From: a virus
Taxonomy: Duplodnaviria > Caudoviricetes
Direction: 5' to 3' (one strand)
Length of the DNA stretch: 64,000 bases
IMG/VR virus record: IMGVR_UViG_3300011115_000233
Coordinates: 462 to 64,461 of that record
Below, in pieces: positions 19,070 through 28,925 of this stretch. Below the pieces are notes generated by a model. That model searched no databases. It saw nothing but the letters and a program-made list of their open reading frames with translations, and was not told where the DNA came from. How positions within the stretch are numbered: position 1 is the stretch's first letter; every line of letters begins with the position of its first letter. Both the position numbers and the translations under genes were made by a program.

Positions 19070-19693
19070 TTAGATGCCAGTCGCTTGGCGATACTGGTGA
19101 CCACCGGTAGCACCGGTCGTCGGCTCATTCCACTTAACGACAACTTCCGTGTACTGTACCGGAGATGCAGCCGCGTTTGCGGTTTCAGCGATGACGTCAA
19201 TGATGCGGATCGGATACGTGTTAGTCGTAGCCGTGGTTGCATTGATAGCAACACCGGAGTTACCCGTAGTGCTATTACCAGCGTTCTGGACCAGAGCAGC
19301 GTTTTCACCAACGTTTGCACGGGTGACATAGCTGATTGTGGTGCTACCGGCAGTGCAGACAGCGGCCTTAAACAAAGCGTCTGGGTCATCCTGCACGTAT
19401 GCAACGATGTCCGAAGCCACAGTGTTAGCCGTGTAGGACTGACGGAACGTCTTACCGTAGACCGGATCGGTATACGCACAACCAAGGAAAACACCAACCG
19501 GCGTTGCAGCAGTCGTACCAGTATCCTTAATCAGAGTACCATCGGTCGTCAGCTTAACAACATCGCCAAAAAAGACGTTTGCGCTGTATGCTGAAGCAAT
19601 AGGAATCTGACGTGTAGCACTAGCAAAAACCTGACCACCGATCAGGTTAATTGGGATGAGGCCATATGGCCCCGAAACAGTGGGGTATGCCAT
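19070..19693 (-). CDS. Capsid decoration/cement protein
   Basis: 207 aa between scaffold region and MCP; PYGL.P, GVFLGC.YTDP, DDPD..F motifs. Confidence 0.6.
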   Translation of the reverse strand: MAYPTVSGPYGLIPINLIGGQVFASATRQIPIASAYSANVFFGDVVKLTTDGTLIKDTGTTAATPVGVFLGCAYTDPVYGKTFRQSYTANTVASDIVAYVQDDPDALFKAAVCTAGSTTISYVTRANVGENAALVQNAGNSTTGNSGVAINATTATTNTYPIRIIDVIAETANAAASPVQYTEVVVKWNEPTTGATGGHQYRQATGI

Positions 19694-19708
19694 TATTAAG
19701 CTCCTAGC

Positions 19709-20158
19709 TTATTTGCCTGAACCAAATGACGTCTTAGACCTACGCTCCGAAAAGAGCGGCATCCTCGGGTCATTCTCTCGCATGAAGTTGCTATCCACGG
19801 ACTCATTCTGAGCTTGGGTCAGACGGTCGAAATGTGCTCGACGCTGATCCATAAAGTCAGAAGGAATCTTGCAAAGCAGCAGACCTGCGACTTCGATGTT
19901 ATCCTTATACCGGCTATCTGGGTCGGTCAGATTTTGGAACTTGGGTTGTTCCTCAATACGAACTGGTTCCCAGCCTTCACGGAAAGCCGATGAAGCATTA
20001 CGAGGGTCACTCTGTCCCAGTGTCGATACGCGTACCCAACGGTAGTTGTATCCGTCTAGCTTATCAGGCTCGGGCAGCGTTGAAGCTGGTTGCCAAGCCT
20101 TAGGCCGTTCGGCCAGTTCACGAGTTTCCATCTCACGTACGATACGATTCTCAGCCAT
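19709..20158 (-). CDS. Conserved head-module protein
   Basis: Likely start MAENR; YRWVRVS, REGWEPV, GLLLCKIP. Confidence 0.6.
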   Translation of the reverse strand: MAENRIVREMETRELAERPKAWQPASTLPEPDKLDGYNYRWVRVSTLGQSDPRNASSAFREGWEPVRIEEQPKFQNLTDPDSRYKDNIEVAGLLLCKIPSDFMDQRRAHFDRLTQAQNESVDSNFMRENDPRMPLFSERRSKTSFGSGK

Positions 20159-21089
20159 TTTTGTTCTCCTTAGCAACTTCACGAGCGTACTGCTCGGCGG
20201 TTAAACCCAACTTCTTGGCGATTGCCAGTTGGGACTGTCTCAACACGATCTTTTTGGAGGATGTGCTTCGTGACGCTGAGGCGACAACGGCGGATTTGTT
20301 TGTACGCGCAGCAGGTTTCGTGTCACTGCTAGCCTGTTCAGAATCCCCGAAATACTCAGGAAAACGACGACGCATCGTTGTGTCGATAGCGCCCCAATAT
20401 TCGTCAGTACCGATAAACTTGTTACCGTACTGTTTTTCGAGCTTCTGATGAAGCCCTAGAGCCGAGGCGGTCATTTCCTCATCCAGACCGTACCACTGAT
20501 TACGCTCTTGCCACGCAACCGTTTTCTGATCCGGACGCGGGATTTGAACCGCTTCTGGAGCAATTTGTACTTCAGTTTCTTGAGCTTGTAAAGTGGGTCG
20601 ATAGTCAGAAAGTTGTTCGAGCCTGTAAGCAGCCTTATTCAGCTTCTCTTGGGCTTCGAGTACTTTGTCCGTATCCCCCGCTTCATAAGCATCGCGATAA
20701 GCCCGACGAGCTTCCGCAAGTTCAAACTCTACGTTCTGCTTAACGCTGCCAACCAGCGACTCTCGCCCTTCAGCCATTGCTTTACGAAGCTGTTCGGCTT
20801 CTTGGCGGTAACGCTGTGCGGCAGTAAGAGCTTCGTTCTGTTCACGCTGATAGCGTTCTTTCTCACGGCGCTCGTCATGCCAGACCTTCTTCATCTGTTT
20901 CAGACGGAGTTTGACTTTCTCGGAATACTCTTCGAGTTCGTCAGCTTCGAGTTCGTCAACAATCTCCTTCGGCATCGGCTCACGGCCTCGGTCGGCCTCC
21001 GGAGTATCGTCTTCTACCTCAATCTCGGGTTTGCTGCTTGCAGCATCGTCTTCGACTTCCCACTGGAAATCGTCATTTTCTTCACTCAT
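20151..21089 (-). CDS. Capsid scaffolding protein
   Basis: Acidic N-terminus, coiled coils, C-terminal 'SQLAIAKKLGLTAEQYA'. Confidence 0.7.
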   Translation of the reverse strand: MSEENDDFQWEVEDDAASSKPEIEVEDDTPEADRGREPMPKEIVDELEADELEEYSEKVKLRLKQMKKVWHDERREKERYQREQNEALTAAQRYRQEAEQLRKAMAEGRESLVGSVKQNVEFELAEARRAYRDAYEAGDTDKVLEAQEKLNKAAYRLEQLSDYRPTLQAQETEVQIAPEAVQIPRPDQKTVAWQERNQWYGLDEEMTASALGLHQKLEKQYGNKFIGTDEYWGAIDTTMRRRFPEYFGDSEQASSDTKPAARTNKSAVVASASRSTSSKKIVLRQSQLAIAKKLGLTAEQYAREVAKENKNG

Positions 21090-21105
21090 TTGTGCCTCCT
21101 AGGCT

Positions 21106-21516
21106 CTATGCGCGCTTAATGCCGCGAGGGTCTTCAACCACCGCTTCGACAGCATCATCGTTAAGGATACGGAACTCACGCCCGTGGATTTTGACGCGGG
21201 TACCGGCGTGTGGGCGTACAAGGATGAAATCACCCTCTTTGCACCATGGGCCGCTTGGGAACCGTTTCTCGTCCTTGTAGCAGTCTGGACCCAGTTTCAT
21301 GACGAACAGTGTAACCGTCAGCAGTTCTTCGTGCTGGAGGGTGATGTCCGCCTTGATAATGCCGCCATCAGTAGTTTTCTCGACATCCGGAAGTGCACAC
21401 AAGATGCGGTATCCAGAAGGGTCAGGAAGCTGCTTAGGCCGCTCTTCGATGGGGATTTCAGACGCTGCACCCACTTTGGGGATGGGTTTGCCAGCTAGAT
21501 CAATAAGATTAGTCAT
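21106..21516 (-). CDS. groES: Co-chaperonin GroES (Cpn10)
   Basis: Start MTNLIDL; PSGYRIL, TDGGII, GPWCKEGDFIL, GREFRILNDDAVEAVV. Confidence 0.85.
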   Translation of the reverse strand: MTNLIDLAGKPIPKVGAASEIPIEERPKQLPDPSGYRILCALPDVEKTTDGGIIKADITLQHEELLTVTLFVMKLGPDCYKDEKRFPSGPWCKEGDFILVRPHAGTRVKIHGREFRILNDDAVEAVVEDPRGIKRA

Positions 21517-21700
21517 CGTCAGCCTCCATGCGTTCTGCGGTTTCCATGAGGATATTGTTGGCGATGAGAAGCCCACGGTAGATGCCGCAAGCATACTTAT
21601 AAGCCCCAAAATCTTCCGCATGGCCCATGGCCATATCTGACTCGATAATCTTCAACTCTTCCTGCATCTTTTTTGAGAGATGCCTGAGTAGGTCACTCAT
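21509..21700 (-). CDS. Hypothetical protein
   Basis: 63 aa coupled between portal and GroES. Confidence 0.6.
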   Translation of the reverse strand: MSDLLRHLSKKMQEELKIIESDMAMGHAEDFGAYKYACGIYRGLLIANNILMETAERMEADDD

Positions 21701-24195
21701 TTACTTTCCTCTTGCTTTGTAGGAGAAGCCGGTGCGGCTTCCTTTGGTTGCTGAGCTTGAGACATACTGTCGCGGGCAATTTCTATACCCATACGCAAGC
21801 CCTCAGCCTCTTGTTTGGCGTCCAAGTCATTCTTGGCCGTCGCAATCTTTGCACCGACCTGTAGGCCAGCGATTTCCTTCTGTGCTTCAATACGCGCCTG
21901 TTCGAGTTCAAGGCGGTCGTTCTTCTCGGCAGCGTCAACCTGAAGTTTCTGCTTCTTAAGGTCGAGTTCTCCCTGCTTGATCTCAAGCTCCTTCATCTGC
22001 ATCTGGACGATTGGGTCCTGTGCAGCCTGCTGGTTCTGTTGCTGTTGCGCCTCAGCCTGCTTCTTCTGTGAAAGCTGCTGTGCAGCGGCGGCTGCAAGGC
22101 GTGAAATCTGAAGCTCAATATCTTCGCTCATTGTGGCATCTGGCGGCGGAAGTGGGACGCCAGCCTGCTCTTCAATCTGCTTGCGGTACGAGAATGCCAA
22201 ATGTTCCTGCATATGGGCCTGCATAGCCGCCATGACAGCCTGACCCTGTGGGTTCTGACCAATCATCGCTGCAACCTGCGGGTCCTGCATCATAGTTGTG
22301 TGCACAGCTATATGTGCTTCGTGGTCTTGGTAGATAAACGCCTTGACCGGCTTACCATTGATGACATCCATGTTCTCGGACACAGGGTCACGTGGTTTCA
22401 TGTCGTCGCCGTCCTTGAGCGGGACAAGCTTCTCGGCGTTCTTAATACCCAATACGTCCAGCATCTGGCGGTGCAGATAGGGCAAATCGTAAAGCTGTGG
22501 CGCACCCTGAGCCAGTTGGAGAACTGCTTGATATTGCACGATTTTCTGTGCCATCGTCGCAGCGTTGGGGTCCGAAACCGGGATAACAGCGACCATATCA
22601 TAGTCAGCTTGCTTGGCTTTACGGCTACCTTCCACTGGGTCGTAGCTATATGTCGCTGGCGTATAGTCGCGGATGATGCCCTTGAGGAGTCGGAACTCCT
22701 GCTTCTGAGCGTAATGAACGCGTGCCTGAATAGCAGACATGGACTTAAGCGTACGCTCAAGGATCGCCAATGTGGTGCCGACAGGTGCCTGACCAGACAT
22801 ATCGCTGATCTTCATATCCGCTGCGCCAGCGAAACGACGGCCTTCCTCTACGATGGTACCCAGAAGGCTGTAGAGGACCTGTGACGGCTCCTTATAGGGC
22901 AACGGCATGATGTTGTCACGCATTGTCCCCGAGGCTACGTCTACATCGCGCCATTCAGCCGGAGCGATGGGTGTGTCGTCACCCTTTACACGAAGACCTT
23001 TAGTTTTAAACCCACCCGGTAGGTTAGATAGAGTACCAGCATCAACAAGCTGACGAATAAGACTGGTGCCAGACTTAGCAAAAGCACCAATAAGGTGAAT
23101 AAGGCCAAAAGCATAGAAGCCAAAGCCCGGAACATACGGATAATGTACGAAATGCTGGCGCTTAAGCTTTTTCTTGTCATCAGGGTCCCAGTTACGACGG
23201 ATAGACAGAATAGTCTGCGTCGATTTCTCAATGGTTACAATATACGGAAGGGCTATACCTTCATCATCGTCGTCGCGGAAATCGTCATCGTCAAGCTCAA
23301 GCTCGACCTGCATTTCGAGCAACTTGTACCGGTCGTCCGTCGAGGCCCTAAAGCCCATGCGTTCAGCGATGGCCGTCTCAATTTCGTCGAAGGAATCGAC
23401 TGGATCGTCAAGTTCGATATCACGGTAGAACCCCGCTGCCTGTAGTTTAGCGACCTCATTGGGCGTCTTGCGCATCACGTGGGTGACGCGGGGACTGGTC
23501 TCCAGATTAGAGGAACCGTAGGGCACCACAACGTCCTCAGCGGGCACGTACATGGATGTCTGGCGTCCAAGTGCCGGATCATAGTAGACCTTCTTAAATG
23601 CGTTCCCTGACAGCCCCAGACCCCACAGCATACGCTCATGCTCGGGGCGATATTCGATCATCACGTCGGTAAGCTGGTAGTTCATGTCCGCTTCGACACG
23701 CTGTGCAGCTTCTTTCTTCTCTGGCGTCTCTTTACCAATGATCTCCGTACGCACAGGCCCACGGGCCGGGAACGTCTCCATCATGGTCTCAGCTTGGAAC
23801 TTAACCAGCGCTTCGCTCAACAGCGGGTGGTATACACCGCACGCACCGGGCCACGGCTCAGTGCGGTCATCAACCTTCATACCCAGAAGCTCAAGGCCGT
23901 CTACGTAGGTCTGCATCCAATCCTTGCGGCTGGAGATATCTTCATCAAACTCACCAAGCAAATCACCGGCAAGCTCAGTAAGAGCGCCTTCATCCATGTC
24001 TTCTGCAAGGTTTTCAGAGAACTCGTCGTCCTCTTCCGCATCCGGATCAATTTCGATCTCGACGTCACCCGTGCGGAGCGTTACCTCTTCCGGGTCTTCG
24101 ATCTCAATCTCCAACGCAGGCTCGTCGTTGAGCATATCTTCATCTTCTGCGGAAAGGCCAAGCGGAGCTTGGTTCAAAGCTTTATCAACGGCCAT
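21697..24195 (-). CDS. Portal protein
   Basis: 832 aa after TerL; SRKDW, GNAFKKVYYD, GFYAFGLIHLIG, DAGTLSNLPGGFK; Gln-rich C-terminal barrel as in P22-like portals. Confidence 0.88.
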   Translation of the reverse strand: MAVDKALNQAPLGLSAEDEDMLNDEPALEIEIEDPEEVTLRTGDVEIEIDPDAEEDDEFSENLAEDMDEGALTELAGDLLGEFDEDISSRKDWMQTYVDGLELLGMKVDDRTEPWPGACGVYHPLLSEALVKFQAETMMETFPARGPVRTEIIGKETPEKKEAAQRVEADMNYQLTDVMIEYRPEHERMLWGLGLSGNAFKKVYYDPALGRQTSMYVPAEDVVVPYGSSNLETSPRVTHVMRKTPNEVAKLQAAGFYRDIELDDPVDSFDEIETAIAERMGFRASTDDRYKLLEMQVELELDDDDFRDDDDEGIALPYIVTIEKSTQTILSIRRNWDPDDKKKLKRQHFVHYPYVPGFGFYAFGLIHLIGAFAKSGTSLIRQLVDAGTLSNLPGGFKTKGLRVKGDDTPIAPAEWRDVDVASGTMRDNIMPLPYKEPSQVLYSLLGTIVEEGRRFAGAADMKISDMSGQAPVGTTLAILERTLKSMSAIQARVHYAQKQEFRLLKGIIRDYTPATYSYDPVEGSRKAKQADYDMVAVIPVSDPNAATMAQKIVQYQAVLQLAQGAPQLYDLPYLHRQMLDVLGIKNAEKLVPLKDGDDMKPRDPVSENMDVINGKPVKAFIYQDHEAHIAVHTTMMQDPQVAAMIGQNPQGQAVMAAMQAHMQEHLAFSYRKQIEEQAGVPLPPPDATMSEDIELQISRLAAAAAQQLSQKKQAEAQQQQNQQAAQDPIVQMQMKELEIKQGELDLKKQKLQVDAAEKNDRLELEQARIEAQKEIAGLQVGAKIATAKNDLDAKQEAEGLRMGIEIARDSMSQAQQPKEAAPASPTKQEESK

Positions 24196-24461
24196 TATTT
24201 AGTTCCCTTGAGCGTAGCCCGGTTGGTTTGGGGGTTATAAGTGTACTTCTTCGCGGGTTTGCCGCTTAGTTTAGCCGCCCGATCAATCGCACGCTCTTCA
24301 GCAGTCATAGCGTTACGCTCACGGCCCTTTGCAGTAAGTGTTCCGTCGGAGTTCATAAGGCCACGCTTCTTCAAAATCTCATGGGCAAGCTTCTCGCTAC
24401 CGACCTGTGCGGCCAGCCTGTCTACGATCTGATTGCGTCCCATGTGCTTCTGGGTAGCCAT
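24195..24461 (-). CDS. Hypothetical basic protein between TerL and portal
   Basis: 88 aa, coupled on both sides. Confidence 0.6.
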   Translation of the reverse strand: MATQKHMGRNQIVDRLAAQVGSEKLAHEILKKRGLMNSDGTLTAKGRERNAMTAEERAIDRAAKLSGKPAKKYTYNPQTNRATLKGTK

Positions 24462-26014
24462 TAATAATACCCTTGGTTGCGGTTACGCTTGAAATACTGG
24501 ATTTCCTCCGGTTCGTCTAGCATAGTAGTCACATAGCCTCCACGACGAAAACGGTGCATGGCCATAGACACCGTATCGACATAGTCATCGTTTTGACCGG
24601 CAGGAAACTCGGCTACTTCGTCAATCACCTCTTCGGCCCACCGAGAAGCAGGTGCCCAGACCCGACCGGAAGCGAAGAGGTCGGAGACCGCGTTGAGCCT
24701 GCTGATCTTGTCATTACCTCTGGTGGGAGTGAATTCCTGCACAGGAATACCCATGGCCCTCATCTCGTAGATCAAAGGCGCACCTGAAGCCTTTTTCTCG
24801 ATGATGACGCTGTCCGGTTCCCACTCGCGGTACTCCTCAATGGCCACTTGCTTCAGTTCCGGGAACTCCATGCGGTCCCGGAAGGCATTTAGGAGGATGA
24901 TGTTAGCCTGCTCAGTGCCCGTATCATCAGGATGGTAGAAGACACCCCACGTCGTACACGCCGAATAGTCAGCACGTTGCGTCTTTTCAAACGCCGTATC
25001 CCACGATTGAAGGATGAAATCACACTTCGGAGGCCGATCACTCTCCCATTCCTTCCACCATTCACGCTTAACAATAGCAGCGCTCTCAGAAATCGGGTTC
25101 TGCTGGTACTGCGCCATCCACTTGGAGTTCGGGACGTCGCGTTTGACCTTCTCAAGCTCTTCGAGCTTCCAAAATTCGGGCCAAAGTGGCTTTTCAGAGG
25201 GTAGAATGGCAGGAAATTCAATGACTTCCCACTCACTAAGGCTCTCGTTAGCCAGTGCATCCTTAAGGATTTGCCCCGTCAGGTCTCGCTTCGACCACCG
25301 TGTCATGACGATGACGATAGCACCCCCCGGTTGCAGACGCTGACGGGGACCGGAAGTATACCACTCGTACGTTTTGTCGTAAATATCTGGATTTACTTCC
25401 GCAATGGCAGCTTCCTGCTCTGAGTGCGGGTCATCAATGATGAGCACATCAGCGCCTTTACCGGTAACAGCACCGCCGATACCGATAGCAAAGTAATCCC
25501 CGCCCTTACTTGTGTTCCATCGGCCAGCCGCCTTGGAGTCCGAGGCCAGAACAAGGTCGGGGAAAATGTTGTGGTAGACCTCCGTATCGACGAGGTTACG
25601 CACTTTACGGCCAAACCCTACAGCTAGTTCAGCCGTGTGGGATGCCTGAATGATCTTCTTGCCGGGATATTTGCCTAGGAACCACGCTGGTAGCAGGTAG
25701 CTGGCGAACTCAGACTTAGTGTGTCGTGGCGGCATGTTGATGATGAGGCGCTTACAAGTACCATTAGCCACACGCTCAAACGCATCAGCCATTTTGGCAT
25801 GATGTCTTCCTCCGATGAATGATGGCCAGACTTCCTTAACAAAGCCAAGGAACTTGTTCTGCGCAAGGCTCTTCTTCTTAAGCTCTTCGAGCTTCTCAAG
25901 CTCAGCTAGCAGCTTTTCCTGCTCAGCTAGGCTGAGTTTGGGTAGCACCTTTGTGATATCACGGAGTGATATGTTGTTAAGGTTGATGCTTGTGGGGTTG
26001 GTCGGAGCGGCCAC
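24461..26014 (-). CDS. terL: Terminase large subunit
   Basis: INMPPRHTKS (Walker A variant), LIIDDPH (Walker B), VMTRW, SWDTAF, IEKKASG, DDYVD nuclease motifs. Confidence 0.93.
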   Translation of the reverse strand: MAAPTNPTSINLNNISLRDITKVLPKLSLAEQEKLLAELEKLEELKKKSLAQNKFLGFVKEVWPSFIGGRHHAKMADAFERVANGTCKRLIINMPPRHTKSEFASYLLPAWFLGKYPGKKIIQASHTAELAVGFGRKVRNLVDTEVYHNIFPDLVLASDSKAAGRWNTSKGGDYFAIGIGGAVTGKGADVLIIDDPHSEQEAAIAEVNPDIYDKTYEWYTSGPRQRLQPGGAIVIVMTRWSKRDLTGQILKDALANESLSEWEVIEFPAILPSEKPLWPEFWKLEELEKVKRDVPNSKWMAQYQQNPISESAAIVKREWWKEWESDRPPKCDFILQSWDTAFEKTQRADYSACTTWGVFYHPDDTGTEQANIILLNAFRDRMEFPELKQVAIEEYREWEPDSVIIEKKASGAPLIYEMRAMGIPVQEFTPTRGNDKISRLNAVSDLFASGRVWAPASRWAEEVIDEVAEFPAGQNDDYVDTVSMAMHRFRRGGYVTTMLDEPEEIQYFKRNRNQGYY

Positions 26015-26017
26015 GGT

Positions 26018-26650
26018 TTACTCTTCGCCCTCTTCGTCCCGGATGTCGTCGTCATCCGCTAGGGCGTCGTATGTTTCTTCTTCTTCCTCGTACGGGTTGA
26101 ATACCGCCAGTTCTTCCTCGATGGTCTGGCCAAGGGGTGTGATATCAATAATGTCGGCGTTCAGCAGGCGCTTGACGCGCTCCTTGATCGCATTCTCCAA
26201 CTCTTCGGGGTTCTTGTAGTTGATCGTGATCTCGGACTTGGAGGTGAACAGGCCAATGTCGCTGTGCTTACCGAGAAGCTCCAATGCCTTAAGCTCGTAC
26301 TTAGTTTCGCCACAATTGGCGATCTCCAGCAGCTTGAACGTAAGGGCTGCACGAACCTCGTTGGCATCAAGAGCCATACCTTGTCCGTACTGGCGCAGGA
26401 ACTGCGCTGCACCATAGGCAGTTGATACTTGCTTTAGGTTCTTAGTCTGTCGTTTAGATACGACATCGGCCAGCTTCTTGGCCTCTTTCTCTTCGCTCTC
26501 GGAAAGCTCTAGCGGAGCACCCATCTCCACGAGCAGTTCTGCGGTATTTCCTGCAATCGCAATCTCTTCAAGGAGCGAACTGGGCTTTGATTCCGCAGTG
26601 TCATAAGGCACTGGGTGTGCTTTAGTAGGCTCAACTTTGATTACGGGCAT
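26018..26650 (-). CDS. Putative terminase small subunit
   Basis: Directly upstream of terL; helical 'ELKALELLGKHSDIGLF' motif. Confidence 0.6.
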   Translation of the reverse strand: MPVIKVEPTKAHPVPYDTAESKPSSLLEEIAIAGNTAELLVEMGAPLELSESEEKEAKKLADVVSKRQTKNLKQVSTAYGAAQFLRQYGQGMALDANEVRAALTFKLLEIANCGETKYELKALELLGKHSDIGLFTSKSEITINYKNPEELENAIKERVKRLLNADIIDITPLGQTIEEELAVFNPYEEEEETYDALADDDDIRDEEGEE

Positions 26651-26733
26651 GTGGCGCAGCGTCCGGTTTGAGGGAGCAGGCGCACCTTATAAGCGTGTAG
26701 TAGGGTAGGAGTAAAGAGGGGAAGAACCTTTAA

Positions 26734-27087
26734 TTAGCCTCTATGCGTGTGCCCTGCATCTCGGTAGGTCTTTTTCCTGTGGCAGTTGGCACAGCGGACC
26801 TCGCACTTAGCCACTTCCAACTTCACGCGCTTCAGTGATGCACCGACGCTTGCGGCTTCCCCGACGTTGAACTCCTTATCCCGGAAGTGGTCAAATTCTA
26901 GAATTATGGGGTTGGTCTCGCCACAGTCTAGACAGGGGTGTTTGAGGAGGTAGTCGTGCAGCCATTCTCGGATGATGTTGCGCGTAGCGCGGGTGTGCGC
27001 ACGGGCCTTGGCTTTCACCTTATCCTTGTTCGCCTCATAATAGCGGCGCTTGGCTTCTTGCTGCTTGATTGGATCGCGGCCTGCCAT
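26734..27087 (-). CDS. HNH endonuclease
   Basis: CLDCG...LEFDH...CEVRCANCHRKKT; likely near-leaderless start MAGRDP at 27087. Confidence 0.85.
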   Translation of the reverse strand: MAGRDPIKQQEAKRRYYEANKDKVKAKARAHTRATRNIIREWLHDYLLKHPCLDCGETNPIILEFDHFRDKEFNVGEAASVGASLKRVKLEVAKCEVRCANCHRKKTYRDAGHTHRG

Positions 27088-27122
27088 GAGCGGCGCATAT
27101 AGCACAAATGCTATAGTTTAGT

Positions 27123-27277
27123 GAAACGTAAAGGGGGTGATGCAGCCGAGAACCCCCAACCCAAACACCACCCCCTTATCTACGTCGTGAACGACGTAAG
27201 GTGTAAAGACTCCCCCAGTGTGCTTCACTACTTGGTCGATCAAGCCTTTCACATCGAGAGGCCGGGGGAGTGCGATG
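27123..27277 (-). ncRNA. Putative structured leader/small RNA at the head of the late operon
   Basis: Three consecutive stems (27209-16/27264-71; 27181-27198; 27131-42/27167-78) directly downstream of a consensus promoter. Confidence 0.45.
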
Positions 27278-27282
27278 CATTT

Positions 27283-27311
27283 TTTATACCCCCCACCCTG
27301 TTTTGCGTCAA
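27283..27311 (-). promoter_or_regulatory. Sigma70-type promoter driving the late strand
   Basis: TTGACG-N17-TATAAA. Confidence 0.65.
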
Positions 27312-27567
27312 GGTACCATTGACGGGGGGTCTTCCTGAGTGGCGGCTAAGCGCATAGTGGCACAGAAAAATAGGGGGTACCCCTCCGCAATCCGACTTAA
27401 CCCTGCCGGGGGGGGTGTCTAATGACAGGGTTTTTTAAAACCACGTAATCGAATGTGCAAAATAGTATGTATGTAGGCGGACCTCCCCTTAATACCTGCT
27501 TTGGGGGGTCGGGGATAGGTGGGTTGGGAACAAATAGGGATCAAACCCCCCTCCCCTATCTTTTTGT

Positions 27568-27598
27568 TTGACATTCTAATCTTAGTGTGAGACATATT
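27568..27598 (+). promoter_or_regulatory. Early cassette promoter 1
   Basis: TTGACA...TGTGAGACA, same spacing as the copies at 28294 and 29322. Confidence 0.55.
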
Positions 27599-27639
27599 GA
27601 TCGTCGAAGAACGACACCACACACTAGGGAGTAACAAAC

Positions 27640-27861
27640 ATGAGCATGGTTTATCTGGCAAATGTCCAGAGCATCGAGACGAACAAGGGTCTCAACTTCT
27701 ACACAGTCAACGAGCACGTGGCTGTAGATTTCCCCACCGAGGATCGCCCCAACTACTTGGTCCTCTCGCTCTTCCATCACCTCGACCTCGTGGCAACCAA
27801 GGACTTCGCCACAGCGATGGACACCGCAGCCCGTTGGCTCAAGCAAGCCGAACCAGCCTAA
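27640..27861 (+). CDS. Early hypothetical protein
   Basis: 73 aa; RBS GGGAG, leader ACGACACCACACACTAGG. Confidence 0.6.
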   Translation: MSMVYLANVQSIETNKGLNFYTVNEHVAVDFPTEDRPNYLVLSLFHHLDLVATKDFATAMDTAARWLKQAEPA

Positions 27862-27909
27862 CAACCAAGGGGGAGCGCAAGCTCCCCCACCCAACCCAAG
27901 GAGCACACT

Positions 27910-28164
27910 ATGTTGTATCGTGTTAACATCTCGACTGACTGCGGCTTCGGCCTCCCAATCTACGGCAGGACACTCTTCGAGATAATGACTCTGGCATGGC
28001 CACTCATCCAGACATGGAAGCGCAAGTATAAGAAGGACAAGCCGCTGGCCCTGCTCCAGATAGAGTATCAAGGCTTGGTCATGGAGAACTACTTCCACCA
28101 CATCAAGCAGGACGATGTCTCTGACTTCCTCTTCGATGCCATGGGATACCAACGAGCAAGCTAA
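27910..28164 (+). CDS. Early hypothetical protein
   Basis: 84 aa; RBS AAGGAGCA. Confidence 0.6.
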   Translation: MLYRVNISTDCGFGLPIYGRTLFEIMTLAWPLIQTWKRKYKKDKPLALLQIEYQGLVMENYFHHIKQDDVSDFLFDAMGYQRAS

Positions 28165-28293
28165 GGCGGGACGGGGAGGCGGAAGCCTCCCCCAACGCTG
28201 CCCCGTCGATGATAGTAATTCCGTGCGGACCGCCTCTAGTTTCATCACGCGGACAGCTAAAAGCCTCTAACTTTGTTAGTATTACGATTTATG

Positions 28294-28322
28294 TTGACAT
28301 TCCGGTCAGATTGTAAGACAAA
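28294..28322 (+). promoter_or_regulatory. Early cassette promoter 2
   Basis: TTGACA...TGTAAGACA. Confidence 0.55.
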
Positions 28323-28374
28323 CAAGGGGTCAGCGGGACACACCGCTGGCAACCACACACACTAGGAGGCCATC

Positions 28375-28872
28375 ATGGCTGTTAAGACTGTTACTACTCC
28401 CGTTGCAAAAGCACGGGCCGCTTACCTCACCTCGACCGCTTCGACCTACGGCGCTCTGCGTAAGTATGCTGAGGCCCTCACGGACAAGTTTGGCGAAGGC
28501 TGGTGGAAAATCCCGATGAAGGGTCCGCTGTCTGGCAATCAGGCGAAGGTCCGCGACGATATCCGCGCCGAGAAGGCCCTCGTCAAAGAGGGTGCCGAGA
28601 AGAAGCAGAAGGTCAACCCCAAGTATAACATCTACAAGCCTTGGAGCGACGTTCTGGCCTACGTCGATGAGTCGAAGCAGAAGAAAGGGGCCGGTGCTAA
28701 TGCGGCCCGCGAAATCCGCGAGCGGCTCAAGGTGGAGCTTACCAAGCTCTACAAGGCGGTGAAGTCGGATGATGGCGCGGACGATGCCGACCTCGCACAG
28801 GCCAACTGGAATGTTGGCGCGGCTCTTACCGCCCTCGGTGTGGACCTCACCGACCTCAACATCGAAGCCTAA
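28375..28872 (+). CDS. Early protein, paralog A
   Basis: 165 aa; RBS AGGAGG; clearly homologous to 29394..29858. Confidence 0.75.
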   Translation: MAVKTVTTPVAKARAAYLTSTASTYGALRKYAEALTDKFGEGWWKIPMKGPLSGNQAKVRDDIRAEKALVKEGAEKKQKVNPKYNIYKPWSDVLAYVDESKQKKGAGANAAREIRERLKVELTKLYKAVKSDDGADDADLAQANWNVGAALTALGVDLTDLNIEA

Positions 28873-28925
28873 TCGGGAAGGGGAGGCGCAAGCCTCCCCG
28901 ACCTCCCAAACTGGAAGGAACCAAA

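Noticed and set aside
68-26417. Long plus-strand ORFs opposite the structural genes (e.g. 68..805, 5110..6090, 15663..16580, 18278..19045)
   Set aside because: Antisense shadows of well-supported minus-strand genes; no RBS or recognisable motifs.
27121-27357. 78-aa plus-strand ORF in the divergent intergenic region
   Set aside because: No RBS; region is better explained by a minus-strand promoter and RNA stems.
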